This document shows, one piece after another, positions 1-9,850 of a DNA stretch of 64,000 nucleotides. This DNA comes from a virus (lineage: Duplodnaviria > Caudoviricetes), in IMG/VR virus record IMGVR_UViG_2863231158_000001; one strand, written 5' to 3'. A program made the translations under genes and the position numbers. Within the stretch, counting starts at the first letter, position 1, and each line of letters opens with the position of its first letter. A model generated the notes under the pieces. That model had not been told where the DNA came from, ran no database searches, and saw only the letters and a program-made list of their open reading frames with translations.

Positions 1-1584
1 TCACGTCTCCGCAGGGGCAGCCTCCGCTTGCGCCCGCCGGGCTCGGGGCACCAGCGCCGCCGCCTTCTCGGCGATCTCCAGGTCGACCTCCTTCAGCAAG
101 GAGGTGTACGTGTCGGACGCGAGCTTGATGGTGGAGTGCCGCAGCGTCTCCTTGATCGCGTGAAGGTCCCCTCCGCCGGCATGGATGAGCGTCGCCGCGC
201 AGTGCCGGAGATCCCGGAGATTGATCGGAGGCAGGTCCGCCCGCTCGGAGATACGCCGGAACTCATCCGACACCTTCTCCGGATGCAGCCACGCCCCGTC
301 GACGTCAACGAACTCCTTTCCCGTCTCCGCCCAGTCCGGCGTGTCCTTGCCCTCAGACCGCTCCCTCGCCGCCTTCTCATTCCACGCCGCCCTCTCCGCC
401 GCCTTGCGGACGCGGTGCTCACGGATCACGGCCACGTTCAGCGAGTCGAGCCCGATCGTCCCGGCCGAGCCATCCGTCTTCGGCTCGTCCTCGAACGGCA
501 CCCACCCGTCGACCACGATCTCCTTGGCGATCGTGATCTCTTGCCCGTCGAGGTCGACGTTCGCCTCGTCCTGCCCGACCCCCTCGCCACGGCGCAGCCC
601 CCGGAAGGCGATCAGGTGGAAGAGCGCATACAGGCGCGACGACTCCGCCTCATCGAGGAACGCGCCGATCTGGGCAGGCGTCCACACCATGACCGGCGAC
701 GGCTTCTCGCCCGTCCTGCGCCAGTGCTCAACGTGCCGGTCGGTCCACAGCACTGCCTTCGGGCGCTTGCCCGAAGCGAGCTCGACGTGGGAGGCCGGGT
801 TGAAGGTGATGAGCTGCCGCTTGATCGCCGCGTTCAGCGCGGTGCGGAGCGTCGATCGGATCCGCTGCTTCGTCGCCGGTCCCGTGATCTCCCGGTATGG
901 GGGCATCGCCGCCAGCTTCTCCCGCTCCACCGCCAGGCGCGCCGACTCCGCGGCCGGCGGGCGGGAGTTCTTCCCCCACTTACAGCGGGCCTCCTGCTCA
1001 CGCCGGGCCTGGTTCTCCGCCGCGACGACCTCGTTGCGTTCGTCGATCGCGTCGAAGAACTCCTGCGCGTGGCCAACGTTGAAGCGGTCGAGACGGTAGT
1101 GCCCGACACCAGGCTTGAGGTGCACACGAATGTGGGAACGGTAGCCGTTCGTGGTGGTCGTCTTCGTCTTCTTCGACGCCACCCACGTCTCCAGCCACTC
1201 CCCCACGGTCGTCTTGCCGTCGAGGGGTACGCCGACGCCGAGCTTGCGGGACACCGCGGCGGGCTCGGGTATGTCACCGCGGGTGGTCTGCAGTTCGGCG
1301 AGGAGGTCGCCGACGCGGCGCTGCCCGTCCTCGTCGTCGCCGGGCAGGTCGAGGATCGCGCGGATGCGGTCGAGATCCTTCTGCGCGTCCTTGAGTTCGG
1401 CGTAGCCGGTGCGTTGGAACCGTCTGCGGTTCCCGTCGGCGTCCGGCGGGAGTTCCTGGGACACCCGGGGCCGTCCATGGGACCGCTTGGTCAGCTGCGG
1501 GCAGGCCACGCCGAGCCGTTTACCGTCCGGGCCGCGGCATTCACACCGCTTACTGATACCGCCAGCACGGCGCGTACCGGGCAT
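1..1584 (-). CDS. int: Tyrosine recombinase / phage integrase
   Basis: GLRRGE (catalytic R), LRDLRH, LRHS...TYT (catalytic Y); N-terminal SAM-like region. Confidence 0.95.
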   Translation of the reverse strand: MPGTRRAGGISKRCECRGPDGKRLGVACPQLTKRSHGRPRVSQELPPDADGNRRRFQRTGYAELKDAQKDLDRIRAILDLPGDDEDGQRRVGDLLAELQTTRGDIPEPAAVSRKLGVGVPLDGKTTVGEWLETWVASKKTKTTTTNGYRSHIRVHLKPGVGHYRLDRFNVGHAQEFFDAIDERNEVVAAENQARREQEARCKWGKNSRPPAAESARLAVEREKLAAMPPYREITGPATKQRIRSTLRTALNAAIKRQLITFNPASHVELASGKRPKAVLWTDRHVEHWRRTGEKPSPVMVWTPAQIGAFLDEAESSRLYALFHLIAFRGLRRGEGVGQDEANVDLDGQEITIAKEIVVDGWVPFEDEPKTDGSAGTIGLDSLNVAVIREHRVRKAAERAAWNEKAARERSEGKDTPDWAETGKEFVDVDGAWLHPEKVSDEFRRISERADLPPINLRDLRHCAATLIHAGGGDLHAIKETLRHSTIKLASDTYTSLLKEVDLEIAEKAAALVPRARRAQAEAAPAET

Positions 1585-1635
1585 GTTCTTAGCCTCCCCA
1601 GTAATGAAGTGCTGCGACTGCCTCGAATCGGCCCT

Positions 1636-2196
1636 CTACCCTGCCTTCTCGGGTTCAGCAGAACTATCGTCCGGGCCTGGCACCACACGTAGCCGGTTAC
1701 GAGGGTTGGAGTGGTGCGCGTGAAGTGTGGGGTACTTCTGGATCCCCTCCAGGAACCCCATCATCCTCTCCTCGGCCATGCGCTCCTCTCGGATTTCTCG
1801 CAGCGCCTTCTTCTCCCGTTCGAACCGCTCACTGAGTTCGGCGATACCTTCGATCAACACCTCTTCGCGCTTCATGAGACGTGCGATCCGGTGCGCGTGC
1901 ACCACGTGCATCCACTCGTCAGCCTGCTTCGCTTTGATATGCGGAAGAGCCGTATCGCCGTAGCTCAGCAGTCCGCACCCCACGATGAAGAGCGCCACCC
2001 CTGTAGACACAGCACTCCAGAACGCGTGGGTGCTTCCGGTCGACAAGGCCAGGACAGCGCACGCTACAGCGAAAACACCGGCGAGGAAGCAACGAACCGA
2101 AATGATGGCAAGGTCTGCAGGAAGCTGCGCCCAACTCCTACCTGTTGGAGGGAAGAGCCCCCAGGACGCGCGGCCTCTATGACGTCCTATGCTCAC
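1636..2196 (-). CDS. Membrane protein (two hydrophobic helices plus coiled coil), translationally coupled to the repressor
   Basis: Segments FLAGVFAVACAVLAL and AVSTGVALFIVGCGLL; GTGA overlap with the repressor stop. Confidence 0.65.
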   Translation of the reverse strand: MSIGRHRGRASWGLFPPTGRSWAQLPADLAIISVRCFLAGVFAVACAVLALSTGSTHAFWSAVSTGVALFIVGCGLLSYGDTALPHIKAKQADEWMHVVHAHRIARLMKREEVLIEGIAELSERFEREKKALREIREERMAEERMMGFLEGIQKYPTLHAHHSNPRNRLRVVPGPDDSSAEPEKAG

Positions 2197-2627
2197 GCGA
2201 CCTCGCCTTCGTCGGCACGTCCCCCTGAAGCAATGTTCTGATCGGTCAGAAGCGCTCGCACCATCGTCTCGAACAGCTCAACCTTCGCAGGGTCCTTGAT
2301 CCCCAAGTCGGCGGCTGCCTCCCGCGGCGACACCGCGCGAGGGGGTTGCTCTTCCGCCGCGAAAGCGTCGCGCGAGATCAAGCCGGACAGCACTAGCAGC
2401 TCAGGCAGCGGCACTCTCACAGCCCTCGCGAGAGGCTCCAGATATGCCGGATCCGGCACGGCCTTGCCTGCCAGCATGCGCCCCACCGATGACGGGGACA
2501 TGCCGGTGTCGCGGGCGAGGGCGGTCTTACCTCCCCCGCGAGGCGAATCGATGTCGTAGCCAGCTCGGCGAGCGGCTTCGCGGACATATGCAGCGAACTG
2601 CTCCGTCCGTTCGTCATGGTCAGGCAT
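2193..2627 (-). CDS. XRE-family immunity repressor (CI-like)
   Basis: HTH KTALARDTGMSPSSVGRMLAG; divergent from the Cro-like gene; TAGCAT -10-like hexamer 7 nt before the ATG suggests a leaderless mRNA. Confidence 0.85.
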   Translation of the reverse strand: MPDHDERTEQFAAYVREAARRAGYDIDSPRGGGKTALARDTGMSPSSVGRMLAGKAVPDPAYLEPLARAVRVPLPELLVLSGLISRDAFAAEEQPPRAVSPREAAADLGIKDPAKVELFETMVRALLTDQNIASGGRADEGEVA

Positions 2628-2777
2628 GCCTTACATGCTAGCGCGCAAGTAAGTATCCGCCTACCCCGGCAGCAAGCCCCCCGTTGCTGCCGCAACAGCC
2701 AGATACTTGCAGTAGAGGCAGTATGGGGCGTATGTTTCCTGCATCGGCAGGCACTACCTGCCGAGCAAGGAGAGTTC
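2628..2777. promoter_or_regulatory. Divergent lysis/lysogeny switch with candidate operators
   Basis: Palindrome CCTGC-ATCG-GCAGG 2738-2751, related CCTGC-CGA-GCAAG at 2757, TTGCAG-N18-TATGTT. Confidence 0.5.
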
Positions 2778-3020
2778 ATGTCCAGCTACCAGCTACGAAG
2801 CGACTCGCTCCTCAAAGCCGCTTCAGCGCGCGGCGACCGGAGCTGCTACGCCATTTCGAAGCGGACAGGTATCGCGGAGTCCACGCTCTCGCGGTTGCGC
2901 CGCGGTGTGGCGAGGCCAGCGACCGAAACGCTGCTTATCCTCGCCGCCGCCTACGGGCTCAGCATCGACGACCTCATCGACCAGGGTGCCGACGACCAGA
3001 GCGAGGAGGGCGCGGCATGA
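2778..3020 (+). CDS. Cro-like HTH protein
   Basis: YAISKRTGIAESTLSRLRRG HTH; AAGGAG RBS before ATG 2778. Confidence 0.8.
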   Translation: MSSYQLRSDSLLKAASARGDRSCYAISKRTGIAESTLSRLRRGVARPATETLLILAAAYGLSIDDLIDQGADDQSEEGAA

Positions 3021-3331
3021 CCCGGGCCCTAACGGTCGACGAAGTCCTCGCCCTCCCCGCCATGCCCAACGCCTGGCCGGACGGCGCAGGCGCCTGCGGC
3101 GGCATCTCCCGCACCACCTGGTACTCGCTGATCTCCAGCAACCAAACCCCCGTCCCGGTGATCCGCGTCGGCCGCTGCCTCAAGGTCCGCAGAAGCGACC
3201 TCCTGAACTTCCTCGGAATCAAGGAGTCCGCCGCCGAGGTCGAGTCGGCAACAGGCACCGAAGAAAACGACGACGCCCCGGGAGTCGAGCCCGGGGCGCC
3301 AATCGAGCAATCCGCACCTACCGCAAAGTAA
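3017..3331 (+). CDS. Excisionase-like DNA-binding protein
   Basis: GISRTTWYSLI...PVPVIRVGRCLKVRRSDLLNFLG winged-helix pattern; ATGA overlap with Cro. Confidence 0.75.
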   Translation: MTRALTVDEVLALPAMPNAWPDGAGACGGISRTTWYSLISSNQTPVPVIRVGRCLKVRRSDLLNFLGIKESAAEVESATGTEENDDAPGVEPGAPIEQSAPTAK

Positions 3332-3348
3332 GAGAACGGAACACGCTC

Positions 3349-3606
3349 ATGAGCACAGTATCCGAGACGGCAACGGCGCCGTCGACCCTGCCCGAGCAGA
3401 GCATCCGCATCACCCTCGCCGTCGAGATCATGATCGACCTCGACACCGGCCGCCCCATGCTCCTCGCCAGCACCGACGCCAACGAAGGCGACATCCACGA
3501 AGTCACCCCCGACGAGTTCCTCGCCCTCGCCCACCAGGCCCGCGCCGAGATCGACCGCATGGCCCGCCTCGCCCTCACCCACGCCCGACAGGCGGTGCGG
3601 TCATGA
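3349..3606 (+). CDS. Hypothetical early protein
   Basis: Coupled to the next gene by an ATGA overlap; GC3-rich codons. Confidence 0.65.
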   Translation: MSTVSETATAPSTLPEQSIRITLAVEIMIDLDTGRPMLLASTDANEGDIHEVTPDEFLALAHQARAEIDRMARLALTHARQAVRS

Positions 3607-4052
3607 CCGTCATGGACAACACCAGGCCTCGCACCTGGGAATTCACCGACGTCGACACCGGCCAGACCCGCACCATCACCTGCACGCCCTGGTGCAACAT
3701 CAGCCACGCCTCGGACATCGCGCACCCCTGCCTGCCGTCAGAGATCTCCTGCATCTCCTACGACCGGGCCAACACCGCCGCACTGCCTGTCGCCTGCGGA
3801 CACGACGCAGAAGACGTCTACGTGATGAGCGCCCTCATCGAGGTCGACCACTTCGACCCCGACCCGGCCCGCCGCGCCCCGCACGCCATCGTCGAGATCG
3901 TCCAGGACCACTTCACCGGCGCCCTCGACCCCGACGGACTCCAGGCCCTCATCGGCCTGTTCGAGCAGCGAGTCGCCGCCCTCCGCATCCGGCACGCCGA
4001 ACTCGTCACCGCCCGCGCCGAGCACCAGCCGCAGAAGGAGGCGCAGGCGTGA
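3603..4052 (+). CDS. Hypothetical protein (CxPWC..H motif, DUF6907-like)
   Basis: TITCTPWCNISH motif and C-terminal LDPDGL helix. Confidence 0.65.
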   Translation: MTVMDNTRPRTWEFTDVDTGQTRTITCTPWCNISHASDIAHPCLPSEISCISYDRANTAALPVACGHDAEDVYVMSALIEVDHFDPDPARRAPHAIVEIVQDHFTGALDPDGLQALIGLFEQRVAALRIRHAELVTARAEHQPQKEAQA

Positions 4053-4516
4053 GCGACAACACCCAGATTCCCGAGCGCGTCATGAGCGTGACCAACTTCC
4101 TCAACGAGGACAGTCCGCTCACCGCAGCACAGCGCACGCTCACCCTCGACACCGGGCTCGCCGCGCACCGCACTACCCCGATCGAGACCGCACTGCGGGA
4201 CATCGACTGCGAGTCGGAACACGCCGATCTGCCGTGGCTCTCCGCCGAGATCGTCGTGCTCGACGACAAGCCGCAGGCATACGGACGCACGACCAACGTG
4301 TGGCTGGCCTACGGCGCCGCCGTGACAGAGATGCTCCCGGTGCAGGGCCGCGAGGCGCTGGCGGCCATGAGGGAGTTCGCCGACCGGTACGAGGCCTTGC
4401 TCGACCTCGCCGACGAGATCGCCAAGGGCGACTTCGAGGGAGACCCCGAGATCACCCGCCTCGACCAGGAAGCCATGGACCGGCACATCCGGGCCGTCAA
4501 CGAGGGCCGCGCATGA
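4049..4516 (+). CDS. Hypothetical early protein
   Basis: GGAGG RBS, GTG start overlapping the previous stop. Confidence 0.65.
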   Translation: MSDNTQIPERVMSVTNFLNEDSPLTAAQRTLTLDTGLAAHRTTPIETALRDIDCESEHADLPWLSAEIVVLDDKPQAYGRTTNVWLAYGAAVTEMLPVQGREALAAMREFADRYEALLDLADEIAKGDFEGDPEITRLDQEAMDRHIRAVNEGRA

Positions 4517-4680
4517 GCGCCCCGTCGGCTCGCCCGGTCCGCTTCGAGGACCCCGCGCGCAACACCGCGTACTGGCAGCGCAGCACGCGCATCGTCGACG
4601 CCGCCCCGCCCCTCACCGACGCACAGCGCGCGATCATCCGCACCGCGTTCCACCAGCCCACCGAACGGAGGGCGGCGTGA
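4513..4680 (+). CDS. Small hypothetical protein
   Basis: ATGA/GTGA coupling on both sides. Confidence 0.55.
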   Translation: MSAPSARPVRFEDPARNTAYWQRSTRIVDAAPPLTDAQRAIIRTAFHQPTERRAA

Positions 4681-4871
4681 ACGACGACAAACCCCGCCCC
4701 GACTGCACCCACTGGATCGGCACGGAGCACCGCCACTGCCGCGAGGGTGACGGCGTCCGCCAGTACCTCACCGGCCCGCGCTGCCCCGCCCACACCCCCG
4801 CCGCCCTCGCCTCACGCCCCGAACCTCAGCCCGGCCCCGGCTGGCCCATCCACCGCCAGGAGGCGACGTGA
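4677..4871 (+). CDS. Small Cys/His-rich (Zn-binding?) protein
   Basis: CTHW...HC...RCPAH. Confidence 0.6.
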   Translation: MNDDKPRPDCTHWIGTEHRHCREGDGVRQYLTGPRCPAHTPAALASRPEPQPGPGWPIHRQEAT

Positions 4872-5590
4872 CTGCCACGTTCCGCAAGCTCGCCGAGCAG
4901 GTCGTCGCTCGCCACGACGATCACCTTCTCGACTACGGGCCCGACAAGCAGGCCGACCGCGTCGTCGCCGCCCTGCAACGGCTCAACCGAATCGTCGACC
5001 TGACACCCGCCATCGGCACCGACATCGACCTCGCCGGCTTCGGCAAGGTTCCCGCGCAGTACGCCTCCGGCAACGACTCCTACTTCCTGCTCTCCGACGC
5101 CAGCGAACAGCTCGGCTGGTTCCACCCCCGCGCCTGCAAGTGGGCCGAGAAGCGGTTCGCCTGGGCCGTACAGGAGCAGCGCCGCATCGACGAGGAACGC
5201 GGAGACGGCCGCCTCGGCTGGGAATGCCTGACGGGCCACGTCGACCTCGAGCTGCACCTGTGCGTCGACGACCCGCAGGCCAAGCCCGACGCGGGCGGCC
5301 GCCGCTGGTCCGACTCCGGGGACTGGCTGATCTCCACCGACCGCATCCCGGACCTGCTCGCCTCCAGCCCCTGGGGCAAGGAGTTCATGGACAACTCCAT
5401 GGACGCGTTCCGGCACGCCGCCCGCGAGATCTTCGGCGACAAGCTGAAGCAGTCCCCGGTCATCGGCCCCGACGGACAGCCCACCGGCAGCAACGCCTAC
5501 GACCTGTTCGAACCGCAACTCCCGAAGGACGAAGCGCTCCGCCGGGCCCGCCGCGGCCCCGCCCTCGACGACGAGGAAGGCCTATCGTGA
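4868..5590 (+). CDS. Hypothetical protein, weak Bro-N/antirepressor resemblance
   Basis: YFLLSDASEQLGW segment; early-operon position. Confidence 0.6.
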   Translation: MTATFRKLAEQVVARHDDHLLDYGPDKQADRVVAALQRLNRIVDLTPAIGTDIDLAGFGKVPAQYASGNDSYFLLSDASEQLGWFHPRACKWAEKRFAWAVQEQRRIDEERGDGRLGWECLTGHVDLELHLCVDDPQAKPDAGGRRWSDSGDWLISTDRIPDLLASSPWGKEFMDNSMDAFRHAAREIFGDKLKQSPVIGPDGQPTGSNAYDLFEPQLPKDEALRRARRGPALDDEEGLS

Positions 5591-5865
5591 CCGATCGCCG
5601 CCCCGGCCAGTGGCCGGTCGAGCAGCCCGCCAACCTCGACAAGATCGAGAAGGGGTACTCGCTGACGAGTACCCCCGGTGAGGACGAGCTGTACATGCAG
5701 CGCGCTGCCGAAAGGGCCCTGCACGAGATGGTCATGGACTCCATCCGCCACGACCTCCAGCAGCAGCCCAGCACGCTGTCCGTCCTCAGCGCGGCCCGCC
5801 ACTGGTGCGAACGCATCACCGCCACCGCCGACGAGATCGCCCGCACCAAGCGCCGCACCGCATGA
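5587..5865 (+). CDS. Hypothetical protein
   Basis: GTG start coupled to the previous stop. Confidence 0.6.
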   Translation: MTDRRPGQWPVEQPANLDKIEKGYSLTSTPGEDELYMQRAAERALHEMVMDSIRHDLQQQPSTLSVLSAARHWCERITATADEIARTKRRTA

Positions 5866-5955
5866 GCCGCGGGCCGGGCAACGCCATCCCCCCCGCCGCG
5901 CCCGGCCCGCACCCCCACGAACCACCTACTCCAGCTCGCAGAAGAGAGCACGTTC

Positions 5956-6816
5956 GTGAACGACACCATCGCCTACAACAGACTCGCGGACCTCCTGCGC
6001 GACATGGGCGAACCCACGCGGTACCAGGGCGGCGCTCTTCGCACCCGAGGTCTCTGCCACGACGGCGACGCCCCGGGCACCGTCGCCATCCGGCCCGGCA
6101 ACAACGGCAGCGTCGTGATCCACTGCCACAAGTGCGGCGGCAACGCGGGCTTCCTGGCCGCCATCGGCTGGAGCGAGACCGACCTGTTCGACACGCCCCT
6201 CGAGCGGCAGCGCGACCGGCCCGCCGACGACACGTGGATCCCCTGCCGAGACCGCGACCATAAGAGGGTCGCCCAGTACGTGTACCGCGACGAGAACAGC
6301 GCCGTCGTCCACGGCGTCACCCGCTGCGACCACAAATGCTTCGCCCAGTGGCGGCCGTCGCACGAGACGAAGACCGGCCGACGCTGGAGCCTCAACGACA
6401 AGGAGGGCAACCGGCTCGTCCGCACCGTGCCCTACCGGCTCCCCGAACTCCTCAAGGCGAAGGAGGCCGACCGGGTCATCTGGATCGCCGAGGGCGAGAA
6501 GGACGTCCACGCCCTCGGCGACCACGGCCTGCCCGCCACCTGTAACGCGGGCGGCTCGGGCAAGTGGACGGCCGAGCACGCCCGGCACCTCGAAGGCGCC
6601 GACGTCACCATCGTCGCCGACCGCGACGCCAAGGGGCGCGAGCACGCCACCGTCGTCGTCGAAACGCTGCGCGGCCTGGCCCGTTCCGTGTACGTCGTCC
6701 AGGCCCGCACCGGCAAGGACGCCGCCGACCACTTCGCCGCCGGACACAAGGACGCCCAGTTCGTACAGGTGTGGGCGCCCGTCCCCCACCCCAGCGACCC
6801 GGCGGTGGCTGCGTGA
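5956..6816 (+). CDS. DNA primase (Zn-binding + TOPRIM)
   Basis: CHD...HCHKC; IAEGEKD and IVADRDAKG TOPRIM motifs; GKDAAD. Confidence 0.9.
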   Translation: MNDTIAYNRLADLLRDMGEPTRYQGGALRTRGLCHDGDAPGTVAIRPGNNGSVVIHCHKCGGNAGFLAAIGWSETDLFDTPLERQRDRPADDTWIPCRDRDHKRVAQYVYRDENSAVVHGVTRCDHKCFAQWRPSHETKTGRRWSLNDKEGNRLVRTVPYRLPELLKAKEADRVIWIAEGEKDVHALGDHGLPATCNAGGSGKWTAEHARHLEGADVTIVADRDAKGREHATVVVETLRGLARSVYVVQARTGKDAADHFAAGHKDAQFVQVWAPVPHPSDPAVAA

Positions 6817-7982
6817 ACGACACCCCGAGCTGGCAGCCCAACGTCGACTCTGACAAGGAGGACGAGGCGCCTCGGCGCCTCGTCCTTACCCCAGCGTCGA
6901 CCATCCGGATCCGTCCGGTCCGCTGGCTGTGGGACACCACCCCCGAAGGGGCTCCGCCCACCTCGCACGGCCGCATCCCGCTCAACTCCCTGGCCATCGC
7001 TGCAGGCGGACCAGGCTTGGGCAAGTCGCAGTTCTCTGTCTGGCTCACGGCCCGAATTACCACCGGCACCCTGCCTGGCGAGTTGTGGGGGAAACCCCGT
7101 GGCGTCATCTACGCGGCCACCGAGGACTCGTGGACATACACGATCGCCCCGCGCCTCATCGCGGCCGGGGCCGACATGGACCTGGTATTCCGTGTCGACG
7201 TCCGCGACGACGAGGAGCTACACGCCCGGCTCACCCTGCCCAAGGACATCTCCCTCATGGGCAAAGCCGCAGAGGCGTACAGCGTCGGTCTGCTCGTCGC
7301 CGACCCACTGCTCTCGATGATCGACGCCAGCATCAACGACTACCGGGCTGCCGAAGTCCGCGCCGCCCTGGAGCCGTTGGTCGCAGCCGCCGACCGGCAC
7401 TGCTTCACCATCCTGGGCTTGGCCCACTTCACCAAGGCGGGCGGCTCCGACCCTCTCAGCCGCATCGCGGGATCCGGCGCGTTCGGCCAGCTCATCCGCA
7501 GCCTCATCGCGTTCGCCAAACAGGAAGGAGAGGACGGCGTGGACGAATTCGTCATGAGCCTGGAGAAGAACAACCTCGGCCGCCTCGGACTGCCCTCGCA
7601 CACCTACGAGATTCAGTCCGTGACCGTCGACACCGACGAGGGCCCGACCTACGTCTCCCGCTTCGTACTCGGCCCCGAATCGACGACGTCGGTCCGCGAC
7701 GTCATGCGAGCCGAGACGAACGGAGACACGGGCAGCCTGTCCAGCGAGGTAGCCGAGTGGCTACAGGGCTGGCTCACCGACGTCGGCGGATCCGACGAGG
7801 CGCGCGCGATCAAGAAGGCCGCGCGTAAGGAGGGCTACAGCGACTCCGCCGTCGACCGCGCCAAGAAGAAGTTGAGCATTCAGTCGAAGCAGCAGGGCTT
7901 CGGGCGCGAGCGGACCGCCCACTGGTACCTGCCCGAGGCGTGGGCGAAGGCGGGCCACGCCGACCTCCCCCGTACAGCCTGA
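6813..7982 (+). CDS. RecA/DnaB-like (AAA_25-type) replicative helicase
   Basis: Walker A GGPGLGKS, Walker B LLVADP, LAHFTK, GSGAF. Confidence 0.9.
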   Translation: MNDTPSWQPNVDSDKEDEAPRRLVLTPASTIRIRPVRWLWDTTPEGAPPTSHGRIPLNSLAIAAGGPGLGKSQFSVWLTARITTGTLPGELWGKPRGVIYAATEDSWTYTIAPRLIAAGADMDLVFRVDVRDDEELHARLTLPKDISLMGKAAEAYSVGLLVADPLLSMIDASINDYRAAEVRAALEPLVAAADRHCFTILGLAHFTKAGGSDPLSRIAGSGAFGQLIRSLIAFAKQEGEDGVDEFVMSLEKNNLGRLGLPSHTYEIQSVTVDTDEGPTYVSRFVLGPESTTSVRDVMRAETNGDTGSLSSEVAEWLQGWLTDVGGSDEARAIKKAARKEGYSDSAVDRAKKKLSIQSKQQGFGRERTAHWYLPEAWAKAGHADLPRTA

Positions 7983-7988
7983 CGAACA

Positions 7989-8192
7989 TGACGAGATTGG
8001 TGAGATTGGCTCCGACCTGCGGTTTCTTGCGCACCTGTCACTGACGAGATTGGTGAGATTGGTGACGAGATTGAGGAGCCCATTCTCACCATTCTCGTCA
8101 CCCCGATCCCCAATCTCGTCACCATTCTCGTCACCGCAAAACAGCAGGTCAGATCCATTCTCACCAATCTCATCAATCAAAATTGTGTGTAA
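7989..8192. repeat. Putative phage replication origin: iterons in two opposed blocks plus an AT-rich tract
   Basis: GAGATTG x5 on + (7993, 8002, 8046, 8055, 8067); CA(A/T)TCTC x6 (8081, 8090, 8111, 8123, 8156, 8165); directly after the helicase. Confidence 0.75.
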
Positions 8193-8207
8193 GGGAGACG
8201 GACGATC

Positions 8208-8633
8208 ATGGGGCAACATCATCCCGGCGAATGCTCCTGTCCGGAATGCCGCACTCGGGCCCGCCTGGCAGCCCCGACCCTGTATGGCTTCATCGGCCGA
8301 CGGGCCGGCGAGCCCGAAACCGCCCAGCAGGTCTTCGCCTGGTGCCCTTGGTGCGCCAACTGGCACCGGCACGGCGACCGAACTAACCAACCTGGCGACG
8401 TCCTCCACCGGTCCCCGCACTGCGCCACCGGCACTCCCGGGCCCTACGAAGAGACCGGCTACCTGATCGCCGTCACGAACATCCCCCTGAGCGAGGTGTG
8501 GGGACAGATGAGGCGGTCTTCAGACGCCCAACGGCTTGCCATCGGAGACGGGCGAGTCACACCGGCTATCGAGCGACTGCGCGCCCAGTTGCTGCCCATC
8601 CTGCGGCCCCAGCACCATGGCGGGCGAACGTGA
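8208..8633 (+). CDS. Cys/His-rich hypothetical protein
   Basis: CSCPEC, WCPWC..WHRH. Confidence 0.65.
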   Translation: MGQHHPGECSCPECRTRARLAAPTLYGFIGRRAGEPETAQQVFAWCPWCANWHRHGDRTNQPGDVLHRSPHCATGTPGPYEETGYLIAVTNIPLSEVWGQMRRSSDAQRLAIGDGRVTPAIERLRAQLLPILRPQHHGGRT

Positions 8634-8845
8634 ACGTCGACGACGTCATAGCCGAGCGGATAGCCGCAGCCCGCCGCCGCATCGAAGCGGCCAAGAAGCG
8701 CCGCGCCGCCCTCAACGCCTCCCGTCAGCGCGGCCTCGCCATCCGGCACGCCGCCAAGCTCCGCAACCAGGCCGGCGCCCGCGCGGCCAACGGAACTGCG
8801 GGGGTCACTCCGACCCCCGCAAACAGCACCGAGGAGAACCAGTGA
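8630..8845 (+). CDS. Small basic hypothetical protein
   Basis: GTG start coupled to the previous stop. Confidence 0.55.
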   Translation: MNVDDVIAERIAAARRRIEAAKKRRAALNASRQRGLAIRHAAKLRNQAGARAANGTAGVTPTPANSTEENQ

Positions 8846-9231
8846 CCGACATCGACCTGACGACCCGGGCCCTTGAGCCCGTCTCCCAGTTCGTCCTCAC
8901 CACCTCCCACGGCGACAACGACCCGCACCGCCTGCTCGCTTTCCACCGCACCTTCGGCGCGGCCATGGAGGCATACGAGATCCGGTACCACCAAGCTCGC
9001 CACCACGAAGAGCAGCCCGAGGCCACCGCCCGCGAGGAAGCCCTGTACGCCGCGCTCGCCGCAGCCGGGCGCCCCTACGCTGCTGCCGCCCTCAGCCGAG
9101 CCGCCAGCGTTCTCGGCGACAAGTTCAACGAGACCACATTCCTGGCACTCGGCGACACCGCCGCCGCGCTCGACCTGGCCATCGTCGAAGACCTCAACGG
9201 GGCCAACGGCACGGGCGAGGACGACGCCTGA
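8842..9231 (+). CDS. Hypothetical protein
   Basis: GAGGAG RBS, GTG start. Confidence 0.6.
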   Translation: MTDIDLTTRALEPVSQFVLTTSHGDNDPHRLLAFHRTFGAAMEAYEIRYHQARHHEEQPEATAREEALYAALAAAGRPYAAAALSRAASVLGDKFNETTFLALGDTAAALDLAIVEDLNGANGTGEDDA

Positions 9232-9331
9232 CCCGCACGACACCGGCCTGCCCCGACGCAACCGGGCCCGGCCTCCCACCCAGCACCCCAGGTGCTCCAG
9301 ATGGAACACCTCTCCACCGAAGGAGTCCGCC

Positions 9332-9823
9332 ATGTCTGGCGAGACAGTGATCACGGTCGTCGGCAATCTGGTCGATGATCCCGAGCTGCGCTTCACCCCG
9401 GCCGGCGCCGCCGTCGCCAAGTTCCGTATCGCATCCACCCCGCGCCGCTTCAACAAGACGACGAACGCTTGGGAAGACGGCGACGCCCTGTTCCTCACCT
9501 GCTCGGTGTGGCGGCAGGCCGCCGAGAACGCCGCCGAGTCCCTCACCCGCGGGATGCGCGTCATCGTGCAGGGCCGCCTCAAGCAGCGCTCCTACGAGGA
9601 CCGGGAAGGCGTGAAGCGCACCGTCTACGAGCTCGACGTCGACGACGTCGGCCCGTCCCTGGCCCGCGCCACCGCGAAAGTCACCAAGAACCCGGCCGGT
9701 GGCGGGCACCCGGCAGCTGACCCAAATGGGTCACCTGACCCGTGGGCGAGCGCCCGGCCCGCGAACGGCCAGCAGCAGCCGGCCGGGCAGAGTGCGGGGT
9801 ACTCCGATGAGCCCCCTTTTTGA
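9332..9823 (+). CDS. ssb: Single-stranded DNA-binding protein
   Basis: [36 protein letters not shown]; acidic tail DEPPF. Confidence 0.95.
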   Translation: MSGETVITVVGNLVDDPELRFTPAGAAVAKFRIASTPRRFNKTTNAWEDGDALFLTCSVWRQAAENAAESLTRGMRVIVQGRLKQRSYEDREGVKRTVYELDVDDVGPSLARATAKVTKNPAGGGHPAADPNGSPDPWASARPANGQQQPAGQSAGYSDEPPF

Positions 9824-9850
9824 TCAACGCTGCCCCGGCGAGGAGACACC

